This document shows, in pieces, positions 11,637 to 24,355 of a stretch of DNA of 64,000 nt. The notes beneath the pieces are model-generated. The model did no database searches. It was given only the letters and a program-made list of their open reading frames with translations, and was not told where the DNA came from. This stretch comes from Phoronis australis (lineage: Eukaryota > Animalia > Phoronida), in the NCBI GenBank assembly GCA_002633005.1, contig NMRA01000539.1, positions 212,084-276,083 of the forward strand, written 5' to 3'. Both the position numbers and the translations under genes were made by a program. The stretch's first letter is position 1. Each line of letters begins with the position of its first letter.

Positions 11637-14600
11637 ATGGTCGGTCGTGCGCACGTTCAGTTTCTGTCACGAACAGTGTTAGTTCGTAACAACGAGGTAG
11701 ATGGGGCTTACAGGTTTTTGGACAGGTAAAAGTACAACCAGCTTGTCTAATCTTTCATCTTGTGCAGTGATATCCATCACGTCATCAGGGGTGACAAATG
11801 CTCTAAGACTAGTAATAGTGCTTGAATCTTCACTTCATACTACTACTATCCACGCACTGCGTCTACTGCCTACTAGTACTAGTAGGGTGAGCAAACCCAA
11901 ATACAAATTTCATCAGAAACACTTGAAAATAGTGTTAAATGATAGCTTTAGACATGTCGTTTATACAACTTTTTGAATTTTTCAAATCGGTTCGGCGGTT
12001 CTCCAGTTATTTAAATTTTAGAGCCTCAAAAATGGCATTTTTTCAGCAAACGGCACCACAGAAAATGGCAAGTTTAGACAACTATATTTGGGAATCCATA
12101 GCTCACTGTGTTCCTAAAACAAGATGGAGAGTCCTTTGCAAGTAGGTTAATAGCATGGCATAGACACCAAACCACAAATTATTATATTTTGCACAAGGAC
12201 AACAAAAATTGAAAGTTTCTCCATTTCGACTAGGCAATGACCATCGCCTCTGTTGGCCCGACCAGAGGCGATGCAGCTCGCACTGACTAAAACATCAAAG
12301 TCACGTTGTTATAAATACCTTTTGCGCATAGAGGAACACCTTAGTTAGGAGGTTGTCGATGTGTTTAATTCCATCCAACTCGAACAAATACTCGCATTAT
12401 CAAACTTTTTCTTAGGAACTGAAATAGGGACTGCTCGAAGAAAAAGTTTTCTAACGCGAGTATTTGTTCGAGTTGGAAGAAATTAAACACATCAACAACC
12501 TCCTAAGGTGTTCCTCTATGCGCAAAAGGTATTTATAACAACGTGACTTTGATGTTTTAGTCGGTACGAGGCATAATTCCCCAAAAAGCTTCCGGCGTAT
12601 GGAGCACTTATAGGAGCTGCATCGCCTCTGGTCGGGCCAACAGAGGCGATGGTCATTGCCTACATTTCGACTTGTGACGGGACATTTTTGCCCCTGAAGC
12701 TAAGTTGAACAAGTGATGTTTTAAAAAGAGCAACTTATTACCTTGAAAATGACAAAACACTTCAAGAATTACTATGGCTTAGGGAACATGTTTCTTTTGC
12801 TCCAAAAGAGTTTGAAATAATTCTTAAAAATGAAATTTGCTGAATAAATAAATTCAAAATGAGCAAAAACCAGAAACCTAGTCTTTTTCAGAGTATTTTA
12901 TTATTTTTTTTAAAAACCTGTGAGGTTATGTAAATTAATCTTTTTTCCCAAGTAAGATTAATGTTTTCACAATCTTAAGTTGCACACCAAATGATAAAAA
13001 ATGACAATATGCATTTTTAATTAAACAAAATTAAATTGGACCCTAAAACTTTCAACGAATTATAAATCAATTTCATTCCTATCAAATAAAATAGAAACTG
13101 AGAAGTGTTGTGTTGGTGACTATCCAAAAAAATGCATATTTGTATTCTAAAATGTTTTGATGCACTGCAGCGTTGACTGAACAATTATTTTTATGAAATA
13201 TGTAATTTTCTAAAAATGAAACTGATCACAGCGCCACGACGAGGTAGTAAAAGTGTAACAACAAATATTTTTGAAGAAAATTAAAAAAAAATGGCTATTT
13301 CCCCAAAATTGAAGTAAATAGAATTTTGAAAATATTCTATATTATTTTCATGAAAATATTTCACCAGGTTTGGGCCACTTTTTGTAATTTAGAGAAGTTT
13401 TGACTGGTTCTGTTGAATACATTTGACCAATCAGGTTCGAGTTTACTTTGAACCCTGGAAAGGTCAATATGGTTCTTGAAAAATGACTGAAGTTACCTTA
13501 TTAAAAGTGATCCTAAATGGAAATAGTGAGACAAAGTGAAAAAATTGATCAGGAATGGATTAAGACATGATTGGTGATTATGACATTGAGTGTACACTTT
13601 CAGGATTTTTCCAGGTGAGAAAGTGGCAAGGCAATAAATTAAAAAAAGTACATTTTCTCATATTTTTGTCAAAAAAATAAAAAGTGTACACTCAGGGTTG
13701 AAAGCAGAATTTTGTAGCAAACAATTTGATATAAATATCATTAAAATCGGTTCAGTAACAGCCATTTAGCAGCTGAAAGTTTGACCCCTACTATAAGTCA
13801 CAAGAATTCACCGGGGAGTGAAAAAAGTGTGAAGTGCTCGCTGTACTTCAATTTTTAAAAATATTCATTAATGCCCAATGTTTTTGTATTTTGGATATCG
13901 ATAGAAAGAAGAAAAATTAAATATTTCACTGGCATACTTTTCATTTTCCACCACTTAGTATGCTAATAGATTTGAACTTGTGAAAATCATGAAAAATGGC
14001 AAAATTTCACTCTTGCTGAATTTCCGCCATATTGGTTTGCTCACCCTACTACTAGGCAATTACATCGCCCTGGATGCTGCAGGCAAACCGACCAACCAAT
14101 GGGCTACGTGTTGCCTAACTGCCTACTGGCACCGCTACGGCGCCAGTAGTCATACGTCGGATGCTATAAGGTGAATTATGCCTCGGACTGACTAAAACAT
14201 TAAAGTCACGTTGTTAAATACCTTTTGCGCATAGAGGGACACCTTTAGGAGGCTGTCAATGTTTAATTCCTTCCAACTCGAACAAATACTCCCCTTAATA
14301 GTTATCAAACATTTTCTTCGAGCAGTCCCGCGTTGAACTCCCAAAATTGGTAACTCAACATTTTTATCACTGCACGCGGCAGGTGATCTGATGTCATGTC
14401 TTATGGGCTTATTACTTAGTGGAGGAAACTGGTTCTCTAAATCAGGGACCATTATATCCAACCAGTGCCAAGAAAAAGTTTGATAACCAGAAGTATTTGT
14501 TCGAGTTGGAAGGAATTAAATACATCGATGGCCTCCTAAGGTGTTCCTCTATGCGCATAAGGTATTTATAACAATGTGACTTTGATGTTTTAGTCAGTGT

Positions 14601-15361
14601 GAGATACAATTTACTGAAAAGCTTCCGGATGAAGATTCTATAGGAGCTCCACTGTCTCTACTGGCACCACCAGTAGATACGGTGGTCACTGTCTAACTAG
14701 CCATCTAGCTAGCTGGCTGTTTGAAGACTCTGACCACAGGCACTCTCATTAGCCACTCGCTGTTATGTACTATAATAGATAGTATAGTACATAACAGCGA
14801 ATGGGTGATGAAAGTATCTGTGCTCTGACTATGATCAAGATGTCAAAATACTGCTTGGTACCTCTGTGTGTTAACCTCCTATAGACCTCGAAAATCACAC
14901 CACCCAGGTAGTTCTGCTTGTTACCTCGTCATGCAACCTATATCAGTTTGTAGAGCTAACCATCAGCGGGGGTGCATGCAAAATCTGGGAGTCATCCGTC
15001 ACTCACTTTTGCCTGGTGCAACCGTTAAAGTGAAAAACAATTTAATATTGTCATTTTCTTGCGTAATTCTCCGCCTTTTGTAACACAGAAAAGGCTAAAA
15101 TTGCGCTCATGCCACTCGCATGTGCCAGTGCGTTTTATTATAGTTCTATCGATTTTTTGTGAATTGTCAATATCTTGTTGCAGAATATTGCGAAATGAAG
15201 GCATAGTGGAGCGAGCAAGGAGGTGCATGTATTATGAGAAGCCATATCAGACTAGAAACAGGTTAGCTTATGAACGATGCAAGAAGATTTATGACGATGA
15301 AATGAATAGCAAAATACAGTTCCTGATGAGGAAAAACAGAGTCAACCCGTTTCCAAGATAA
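11637..15361 (+). CDS. MRPS21: Mitochondrial ribosomal protein S21 (bS21m), 88 aa, 2 coding exons
   Basis: Exon 11637-11725 (MVGRAHVQFLSRTVLVRNNEVDGAYRFLD, AG|GTAAAA) joins in phase 2 to exon 15184-15361 (RILRNEGIVERARRCMYYEKPYQTRNRLAYERCKKIYDDEMNSKIQFLMRKNRVNPFPR*). Matches the MRPS21 pattern HxxFxxRTV...YYEKP...YERCxxIY...FLMRKNR. Confidence 0.95.
11883..14048. mobile_element. Non-autonomous TIR DNA transposon (~2.2 kb, hAT-like TAGGG termini) in the MRPS21 intron
   Basis: Perfect 15-bp inverted termini TAGGGTGAGCAAACC (11883) / GGTTTGCTCACCCTA (14048); AT-rich non-coding interior; TSD ambiguous (gtactag/ctactag). Confidence 0.75.
12231..12662. mobile_element. Foldback MITE with 9-bp TSD (Mutator-like), nested in the 11883-14048 element
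   Basis: Near-perfect long inverted arms (TAGGCAATGACCATCGCCTCTGTTGGCCCGACC...); identical 9-bp flanks CATTTCGAC at 12222-12230 and 12663-12671. Confidence 0.9.
14053..14695. mobile_element. Older relative of the 12231-12662 foldback element
   Basis: Shares the GACTAAAACATYAAAGTCACGTTG...CCAACTCGAACAAATACT arms in inverted orientation (14190-14290 vs 14491-14597); termini TAGGCAAT.../...ACTGTCTA. Confidence 0.75.
14735..14822. mobile_element. 88-bp palindromic mini-element with 7-bp TSD
   Basis: CACAG...CTGTG termini; perfect 18-bp core stem TCGCTGTTATGTACTATA/TATAGTACATAACAGCGA; CTCTGAC repeated at 14728-14734 and 14823-14829. Confidence 0.8.
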
Positions 15362-18300
15362 CAGTGTGGTATGTGGATTCTTAAAATGGCTGTGCAGATG
15401 ATTGAGTTGAAGGAAATGAACCAAACGTCAAGGTCACACTCAAGTTCTTCAGAACGCGAGGAATGAATTCATAGGAGGACAAAATGGAATATGGAGCTCT
15501 TTTGAGAGCAGAGATATCTTTCTCGTGTTGTTGTAGTAAACGAGGGAACGTTCAAATCACTGTCACATAGAATTGTTCACTAATGGGAGGACAATGAGTG
15601 GATTTCATCTATTGAGGCCATAGCGTGTACGACAATTTTCGAAAAATTTGACCAAATCTCTTTTCTTTGAAAACCGCAGAGAGTTCTCGGCATTTTTTTG
15701 TATGATTTTCAAATGATTTGGTTGAAGTGTTATTTTTAAGTTGGTTGCATTTTGCAGTGCTTCCAAACACTAGGGTCCAGTGTACCCACCTTACATGAAA
15801 GTAGTCTAGAAACCATTCTATGAACTACATGCCCTGGAATCTACTCCTCCTATCTTCCACTGGCACCAAAACTCACTGCAATAAAACATGTTTCTCATAT
15901 GGTTATTGTGAGTCACTGGGTAATTCATGCGTCTGTGATAGCACAGACCTGGGACATTGTATCAATGTTGAAAAATGGTGTGAATTTGATGGTACACAGA
16001 TCAATGTAAAATACAGAAAGATAGCAGAGAAGTGAACATGATTGTTATTTCTTTATTTTTGTTCTTGCAGCTAACTGAAATTGCGTTCGTTACAAAGTGC
16101 CGTACATATGAACTCAATATGTGTTTTCTGTAGCTTATTTGTGTGAAGTGACTTAAAAATGCAAACTTTTAAGAGCACTGTCTTTTGTATTTTCACTGCA
16201 ACTTAAAAAAAATCAACCAACTTTTGAAAAATAGCCAGTCTGGGATTGGTGACATTGATGGAACTTCAAATTTTACATTAACAGGCACTTTTGCCTTTAC
16301 CTCAGAAGCAATGATAGTGACAGGTTTGTTGTGTTTGACACACTGTTTCACTGTTGGATTGTTATACAGAAGCATGTGCATACTATAGTGCTGCCAAGTG
16401 ATCTAGCGTATTATTGTTTATTATCTGTATACAAATGTCTTGACATGCTCTGCGTTAAATTTCAAAATGGCACCCTCCGGGATTGAATTCACTGTTGGTG
16501 ACATATTTTTCAACTTAGAAGAAACAGTGTGGCAGAGGAGTGTAATTTTACTGTCGAAAATTCTTCATCAAAATAAAATTGTATTATAATGCATTTAATA
16601 CTCTCATTTGCCTGGTTTAATGCTTATGTTCAACTTAACACCACCCTTTAAAGTAGCACATTTTTCATACATGTAATCTTTTAAATACCCATTCTCAGCT
16701 TAGCACCCATTGGCAGTTTATGATTGAGACTTAATTAAAAGTACCAGAGTCTTCTGACACTCTTTGTGTACAACGCATTTAAGCTAGCTGTAACTAACAC
16801 TCAATTTCAATGGCACCTTGCCATATTCGTTGGGGAAAGTGTATGCCCATATTTATAAACCTTATTCTATCACCTGGGCCCATAATCTAATCTTTTTTTC
16901 CAAAAGCAGGCGTAAAATGATTTATTACATTTTCTCCTGCTACTTTGGTATTAACTCAAAATAAGACTGTCTAGTATTCTGTGCTCGAGTACATCATGGT
17001 TTATGTGGATAACTGTGTTGTCCTATTTTGCACTTAATGACCTCATAATTAACTTAACATTTTGAGTTTTTACTCAAAATCTGGAGTTTTTGCTCCAGAT
17101 AATAGCTCGAATGGAGAGGTCAGCAAATGCGAATTTGGTATACACAGTGGTTTCCCTAATCCATAATGCACTGAAGCATTAAATAATACATTATTATCAA
17201 TGGATATTAAAAAGAGCATGGCAAATGCCAATTAAAGCTTTAAATTCGATTTTGAATGTAAAGACTGAATCCCACCCCTTGGTGTTCAAACTTTTATTCG
17301 CAGCCATATCTGCTCTTTACTTCTAATGCTCATTGCGTTTCTATTCTTTGTTTGAATTGTCATTTCATTCCATCATTTGCCTGGTATTTCCCTGACGTCC
17401 ATATCACCTTGGGGTCTGAAACTAAGCCGTCGTGGGAGTGGTCTGAAGCTATAAAAGATCTGTCAGGCTTTCTAAAGTTCGGAAAACATTTCTAATCTGA
17501 TTAAAAAACAAAACGGGACGGATTTAAAAAAAACGAAAGCGACGTAGATCAAAAGTTTGCCCCTTAAGTATAGTATTTTAGGCGAACTATGATAATAATG
17601 ATGATGATGATGATGATGATGTAATAATAATAACAAAAATAATAATCATAATACCGGTAATAATAATAGTAATAATGCAGAAGATGAATACTGATTCAGA
17701 ATCTCATGTTACCTGTTGAGAGCTGGTAATGGTAACTCTTAGCATGACAGTCATTTGTGGTCAGGTTACCGTTATGCAATCGGATTTGGACTGGGAAAGA
17801 TAACCTGAGCAGCTCTCGTGCCAATGTTCGTGGGAAAGTCTGAACTGGCGTTCTTGACAGTTTCACGGAAATGGAGACCTCCAAAAATTCCGAAGAAAAA
17901 TGGATAATGACAACTTTCGATTAACACTCTACCTCAAATCACGCTATTTCAAATGCCGGCTTGAGGCTCAAAAATGGTGTCCCAATTGTTAACGCAACGA
18001 ATGTCCCTCCTCACGTTTGTCGCCGAAGATACCAGTTTAGACACCGCTAATTCGTTTATTTTTAACCTGCAATGTTTCTTAGTTTTCAGTGAAAGAGTTC
18101 GGCCTGTCTCTGATTGCAACAGCAATATTCTTAAGTTTTGTGAGAGACAATCAGCAGCAATTCTAGTTATGATAAAACACATATAGACACGGGAAAACGT
18201 TTTAAAAACGTTGACCCGTATGTTAACTTATTGTCATTATTCAATAAAATTGCTATAAAATAGAAAACATTATTTGTAAAAATGGCGATCGTACATAGTT

Positions 18301-20747
18301 TAGAACAAAATATTCGTCTTTCACGTCAGCATGAGAACCTGAGTAGACAAAGTGTAAATTGTAATTAGTGCAGCATGTCGATTAGCCTCTTGGTTTAATG
18401 AATATCTTGTGAGTTAAACATTGACACGGTTTAAAGATCTACACTTATTTGCAGTTTGTAGTGATAAAATTGTAAGTTTCGATTTTCGTCTTTTAGCCAG
18501 CTAACGGAAAATGCAGCTTGGATTTATTAGCTTTTATTCCTAAACGCACTGCATGTTTTCAGCTAAAATTGGGTCACTCAGTCTCAGCTTGGCCTTGTTC
18601 ACAATTTGGGATGTTTTATAACAGACATTTCAAACTAAACAGCCTCAGCCACTATGCAACTTTGTGTCATATTGAAATATATATTTAACAAGAGACTTGC
18701 ATTTCAAAGCAATGATTCATTGAAAATGTGCTGTTATTTTTGTGCAGAGTTCAGCTAGTCTCTTGACGACATAAGCTGAAACATCTCAAGTTCAATCCCG
18801 GACTACTTGAGATCTCCCTTCTATTTCGTCACCAAACGGAAAAGTAGTCAAGTTGTTTCTAGGTGGCAGACGATTGCGACAAGTACCAACTTCCCGGATG
18901 TTGCAAAGAAATTAACTCTAAACCTGTTCTTGGCTGGTACTGCGTGGGTATCGACGCGTGTATCTGCGACGAATTTTCTGTGGAATTGACACGAAGATCT
19001 TCCGAGCCATCACAATTTCAACATACCGTAGCTGTTGTGCGATATGTTTTTTCTATGCACTGGTATACTAAATGGAATAAGTTATGTTAAAATGTACAAA
19101 CCCCAAATTTGCTACAGGTGTAGCAAACAAGGAAGTTGCATTTCGCTCTATATAACTGGCTGAAAATGAAATAAAATTGGTCTCACAACATGCCTTAAAT
19201 AGACATAATCTTGTTTCCGTCACTATAAGGACATCTAATCCGCGAGTGACTAGAGAAAACGCTTCAGAGTTTATTGGAGTTGAACAACGCTGAAATAGTG
19301 TATTCGAAAATGGCGCACTCACGTATTGCTTGCGACTATTCGGATCATTGGGGAATAATTCAAATTTGAGAGCTATACAGGCGCGAAGTGGTGCTTTATT
19401 CTTATTACAGCGTTTGCGGAGACGCCCTGAAACATCACAAAAACACGTCTAACGGCAAAAATATCAAGAGATCCAACCATTATTTGAAATGTTTAACTTT
19501 CTCTATTAAAATAAATTAGTTATATTTAAAGTACTTTTTATGAAAATTATGAAATTCGTTGTTTAGGCATGGTGCAAAGTAATACGCAATTAATTACTTC
19601 GAGGAAACGAGCCATTCTTAGAGAATTGTCTAAATGGAAATTTGGTTGCATGCAGACTATTCGCCATCTGTGCAATTTCAATGTCGGTCGCAAGCTGTAA
19701 ACGTAACTTTGTTTACTCTCATGCAATTTATCATAAAATATATGCACTATTTGATGCGTTTTATTTGGGGCTCGACAAAAGAATTATTTTCTAGCTCTAA
19801 AACAAATCGTGTCGGTTTTCACATTCATAGTGGTGAGAGTCAACAAGCTTTTAAGATAAAAAATGAGTGATTTGTTGTTCAAGCATCACGTGAAAAATGT
19901 TTAGATCCTCCTTTCTACATTATTTTCTTGTCAGAAAAATGAGGAAAGGGTGAGAAAAAACAACACTGACTAAGAAAATAAAAGAACGCAAGTCGGGGCT
20001 TCACCGTGATATGATTCATTCGATTAATTTCAGGAAAGTAACTGATGCCAGATTTGAACTTTTAAAACATTCGCATTGACAACCAGCGGGGGTGTTAGGT
20101 TCACGAACCGTGATACGAAACAGGGAATGAAGACTTTGATCTAACTTCCACAACTCGTCTAGTTTTGACCTCATAAATTTTCTTTGCTCACACTTATCCA
20201 TCTGTTAGGTGGTGATATGAGTTTATCCTTACTGGTAAATTCTAACAGATGCTAAAGCAAAGGCACTTCAGTGTAAACCCAGCCCCTCGTCTTAGGCTTT
20301 CCCGGGTTTATTCTTTTTGTGTCGCTTAGATTAAATGTGAATACGCACTCCAAAGCAATATACCGGTCTGCTATTATCAGCATTTTTTGCGTCGTCGTTT
20401 CTGTATAATAAACTTGGACAACTTTTGAAACAAAGCATGAGGACATAAATCTATTTCTGTGAAATTTAGTTGCACGGATCAACTGCTCGAGTAAGACGTA
20501 AACTCGCGTTTTTGAAAAACAAGCATACGTGGATGAGGCTCGCGTCACGAACCAAGCACGAAAAAAATATTAATTTACAACTGGTGGCCACATTTCTTTA
20601 TCATTATTACAAACCCATCTTCCGTCACAAAAACAACTTCCACATGAATGTACGAATGACCTAAAATTACTTGTCTTCAGTTACGCATGCTGCATAGGAT
20701 TGTAGCTACTAATTATCGTATAAATAAGATTAGACATATGGACTCAA

Positions 20748-21300
20748 GTGCTTGTAATTTTTGAAAATACTTCCCGAGACTTTAAAACATTTTTTGAATG
20801 TGAATATATTAATTCTTTCTGGCATGGGGTACGTCTCTGGTTAATGACTACAATGCAAGAAAATTTTGAAGTAGACAAAACCACCATTACATTTGGTCTT
20901 CAAAATGAAGAGAATAGAATTTTGAACTGGTTCCTTTTACAAACTAAAACTTTCATTTTTAAAATGAAATTAGCTAACGTCAACCCTAATTTAATATGTA
21001 TTAAAAATGTTTTGAGGGTGTGTTTTAATGTAGAAGTGAGTGTTTCTTTGAACACACGGAAATTCAATGATACAAACAAATGGGAAGATTGGAAATGTGT
21101 TTTCGAAACATTAAGGGAGCCAGAGAATTGACCAGATCCCAGAACAGAAATTCAATTCGTATTTTTTAAATGCATATAACTTGAAAGTAACAATCAAATG
21201 TTTTCTCACTTTTTTGCACAGTTACATACGTTGTTGTGTTGTGTTGTGTATACTTGTATATTATGTACCTGTTTTGTAGTAAATGTAAGATAAAAATACT
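20748..21300 (+). mobile_element. 3' remnant of an L1/Tx1-like non-LTR retrotransposon
   Basis: FFECEYINSFW...ITFG...LNWFLLQTKTFIFK...KW resembles the C-terminal Cys-His region of L1/Tx1 ORF2; T-rich 3' UTR follows. Confidence 0.6.
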
Positions 21301-22350
21301 TTTGATTTCGACTGCAAGCCTTTACGAAATTAGTCTGAAATGGTTACATAATCAAATTAGGAGTGCTGAACTTGGAAAGACCTGTCAGATTTTTGTTGGC
21401 TGAGGCCATGCCGTACAGTTTACTTGTCACGTCATAATGACCCTGTTTTGTGTACGGGCATCGCCTCGTGTAATGAAGAACTATCTGATCTTTGCAAGAT
21501 AAGAAAACACTTCTTATTTGAGTAACAAACAAGGCGAGACCAGTTCTAGAGGCGCAATTCAATTTATTTCAATCGTAAGTTAGTTCTCTGACGGTTCGTG
21601 TGCTTATAGCCTCTCATATGATGGATTACGGCAGATTTCTGTTCGTTCCCTGGTTTCCATGTAGTCTCTACCCCGATTGCCACCTGTTATCCCCCCGTTA
21701 GTCGCTACCAATTCTCGCCCTCCTAACCCCTTAATTGCTCCTATTCCAATTCGCGCCCACTTTCACTATTCTGACTAATTTCACGACAGCCTCAAAAACC
21801 ACAAAATCGATCGTCATTGTGCCCGTCAAATCCACGCCGTGGACGAATATGAGAAGCGGTTGAGTTTCAAGTTGCCTTACCGCGAAAAAACTTCACCATC
21901 CCCTCTACTGTATAAGGAGTCAATTGATTCCTCGCATTTACCGTGGAATAACAAGTAAACACGAGGATGCACCGACGTGTGTTGCCAAGGCCCCACTTAT
22001 TTTAATTCTGTAGGCACTTCACATATTTGACCTCTTTAGCCTACTAAAAAATGAGCGCCGATCTATTTAATATCATAACCGACATCGGATGTAATTAAAT
22101 GTTAAAATAAAAAGCTGTATGCAAATAAATAGGCCTGGAATGAGCAGCGTATTTGTGCGTATAGGCCCAAGCGACTCTATTCAAATGTTCTGAAATGTAG
22201 GCGCATGTGCCTGTACGTGAACCTCTCGGGTAAAACTATGCTTGACAATAACGGACGTACCCTATCATGCACAGCTGATTGGTCCCTAGAATTCATTGAA
22301 AATTCTTGCAAGTGATAGGCTCGCGCAGTACGCCTAGATGTATATGTACA

Positions 22351-22516
22351 ACATGCGCGCACCCAGCCTTCAATATAGGGGGGNNNNNNNNNNNNNNNNN
22401 NNNNNNNNNNNNNNNNNNNNNNNNNNNNNNNNNNNNNNNNNNNNNNNNNNNNNNNNNNNNNNNNNNNNNNNNNNNNNNNNNNNNNNNNNNNNNNNNNNNN
22501 CTGGGTGCGCGCATGT
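22351..22516. repeat. Inverted repeat flanking an assembly gap; related to 51993-52028
   Basis: ACATGCGCGCACCCAG (22351) / CTGGGTGCGCGCATGT (22501) on either side of the N run; the reverse complement of 22352-22383 matches CCCCCCATATCGAAGGTTGGGTGCGCGCATG at ~51997. Confidence 0.65.
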
Positions 22517-23139
22517 ACAAGTACGTTCTTGCGCAGTATCTAATTTCGTTTGTTTCTGAAATGTCATGGCAATTATTTTTTCCTCTTAAACAACAAAATG
22601 TTAAACTCTAATGGTCTAATTCAATTTGTATTCTAGATTTGTCGATCCTCTGTAAATAATCAAAATAACGTGACGGTCGCACTAGTTATTAGACAGGATT
22701 ATTAATAGTTATTTCTATAACTGTTACCATCAGTCGGTGACATACACCTTCGCATGTGAGTTGTAATCTACGAAAGGCACTGAAAAAGTCCCTCATTAAA
22801 GTACATCGCACGGCAAGTTTACAGTTTTGTCGAGGACAATGTGTGTGCCTTTGTTCAAGGTAATGACACACAACGTATGAGGCTGCATAAAGGACACCCA
22901 ATTGCGCCACTATGTGTAACTTGAGCACACGCGCCTATACATTTAAAAAATTATCTTTAAAAAGACGCATCAGTTCGGAAATAGGCGCATGAGCCTAAAT
23001 ACACGCATATACAGTAAACCTACAGTGAAAACTCGTTTAAAAATGTAATTTTGAAAAATAGCGTCCGAGGAGCTCTTAATAAAATGATTGGCTAAGAATA
23101 ATGAATGTGGTATAAGATGTTCGTTGGTTAGACAGAAAT

Positions 23140-23330
23140 TGCAGCACGTATTGGGGGTACGTTGGACAGTACTAGTGTTGAGACAGGCTAAGATGCGGCA
23201 GCACGTATTGGGAGGTACGCTGAGCGGTACTGGTGTTGGGACAGACTAAGATGCACCGCGTACAGGAGGATGAGACCGTGAGAAAATACGACGTACAGGA
23301 TGTACGTTGAGCAAGACTAGTGTTCAAACT
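23140..23330. repeat. Degenerate ~58-bp minisatellite
   Basis: GCAGCACGTATTGGG.GGTACG.TG...GTACT.GTGTTG.GACAG.CTAAGATGC repeated 2-3 times. Confidence 0.6.
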
Positions 23331-24355
23331 GATAATGGACCAATTACAGTGTAGAAATAGTGCCAGCGGCGGTTCCAGGTCAGACGACGGTTCGAGAAGC
23401 GGACACAAAATCGTAGTTGCAAGTTGAACATATCTGTTGAGAACGGTTTGCCAAGGCATCAGCAGGCAATTGGTCGCTATGAGATTGAACATAGATTTTG
23501 TCCAGCAAAATTAATCTGTCCGGCTGAGGAAAGAAAAAATTACTTTAATCCCCCACGATGAAGATATTCTAACTTATTTGCGTAGAACCAGTTGTTGGCA
23601 AGTTTGAGCATTTAACCAAATATCTACCAACTATAGATTTTCAAATGTGTAATTTTTTTTAAAGTAGAATGTTTAAAGACGGATTTTCAGCTTTATACCA
23701 ATGCGTCATTAATTTGGTTGTTCTACCGATCACTTTTGTAAAGTTTTGCAAAAAGAATGGTACAGTCATAGCAAAACAACGGTATCAATAATATGATCAA
23801 ATTGCATTTCCAATAATGATTGAAGATGAACACTCAGTGACGTTGCAACAGTTTCCTAAAATATCACTCCATTTTTCTTTTGTGCAACTTTTGATTTTTA
23901 TTTTCATAACAGTCTTACAGGTCTTACTTTTTGATAGGCCCTCGTTCAAGAGCGGAAACTTTTCAGCATGTTGAAGAAAGGTGCACAAAGCATGGTCTGT
24001 GAAACTTTCATTTCAATTTGATCAATTATTTCTCAGATATGACATTGAGTTAGCTAAATTTGAACATTTTCAAGGGCTCTGCATAACCTCAAGACCCTTC
24101 TGCCGCCGGCGAAACAAGACCTGACCAGGCTTACGTCACGCGCAAGTCAAGTGGCAGCGTCTACAGACGGCCTTAACTCGATCCACATTGGTGAACTGCT
24201 CACCCAAGGGTGAAGTGAGGTGCGTAGGAATACCACATTAGTAATCACAGCTCTCAGAAATCAAGCACTCGTAGGCTGGACTTGTCAACATGTCTGAATC
24301 ATTGGATGGCGAGAGACGGTGACAGTGTTTTTGGGTGTTATTTTTTACGGAGACG

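Noticed and set aside
18807-19330. Cys-rich short ORFs suggesting a PHD or zinc-finger remnant
   Set aside because: Motif spacing is incomplete and there is no consistent frame or splice support.
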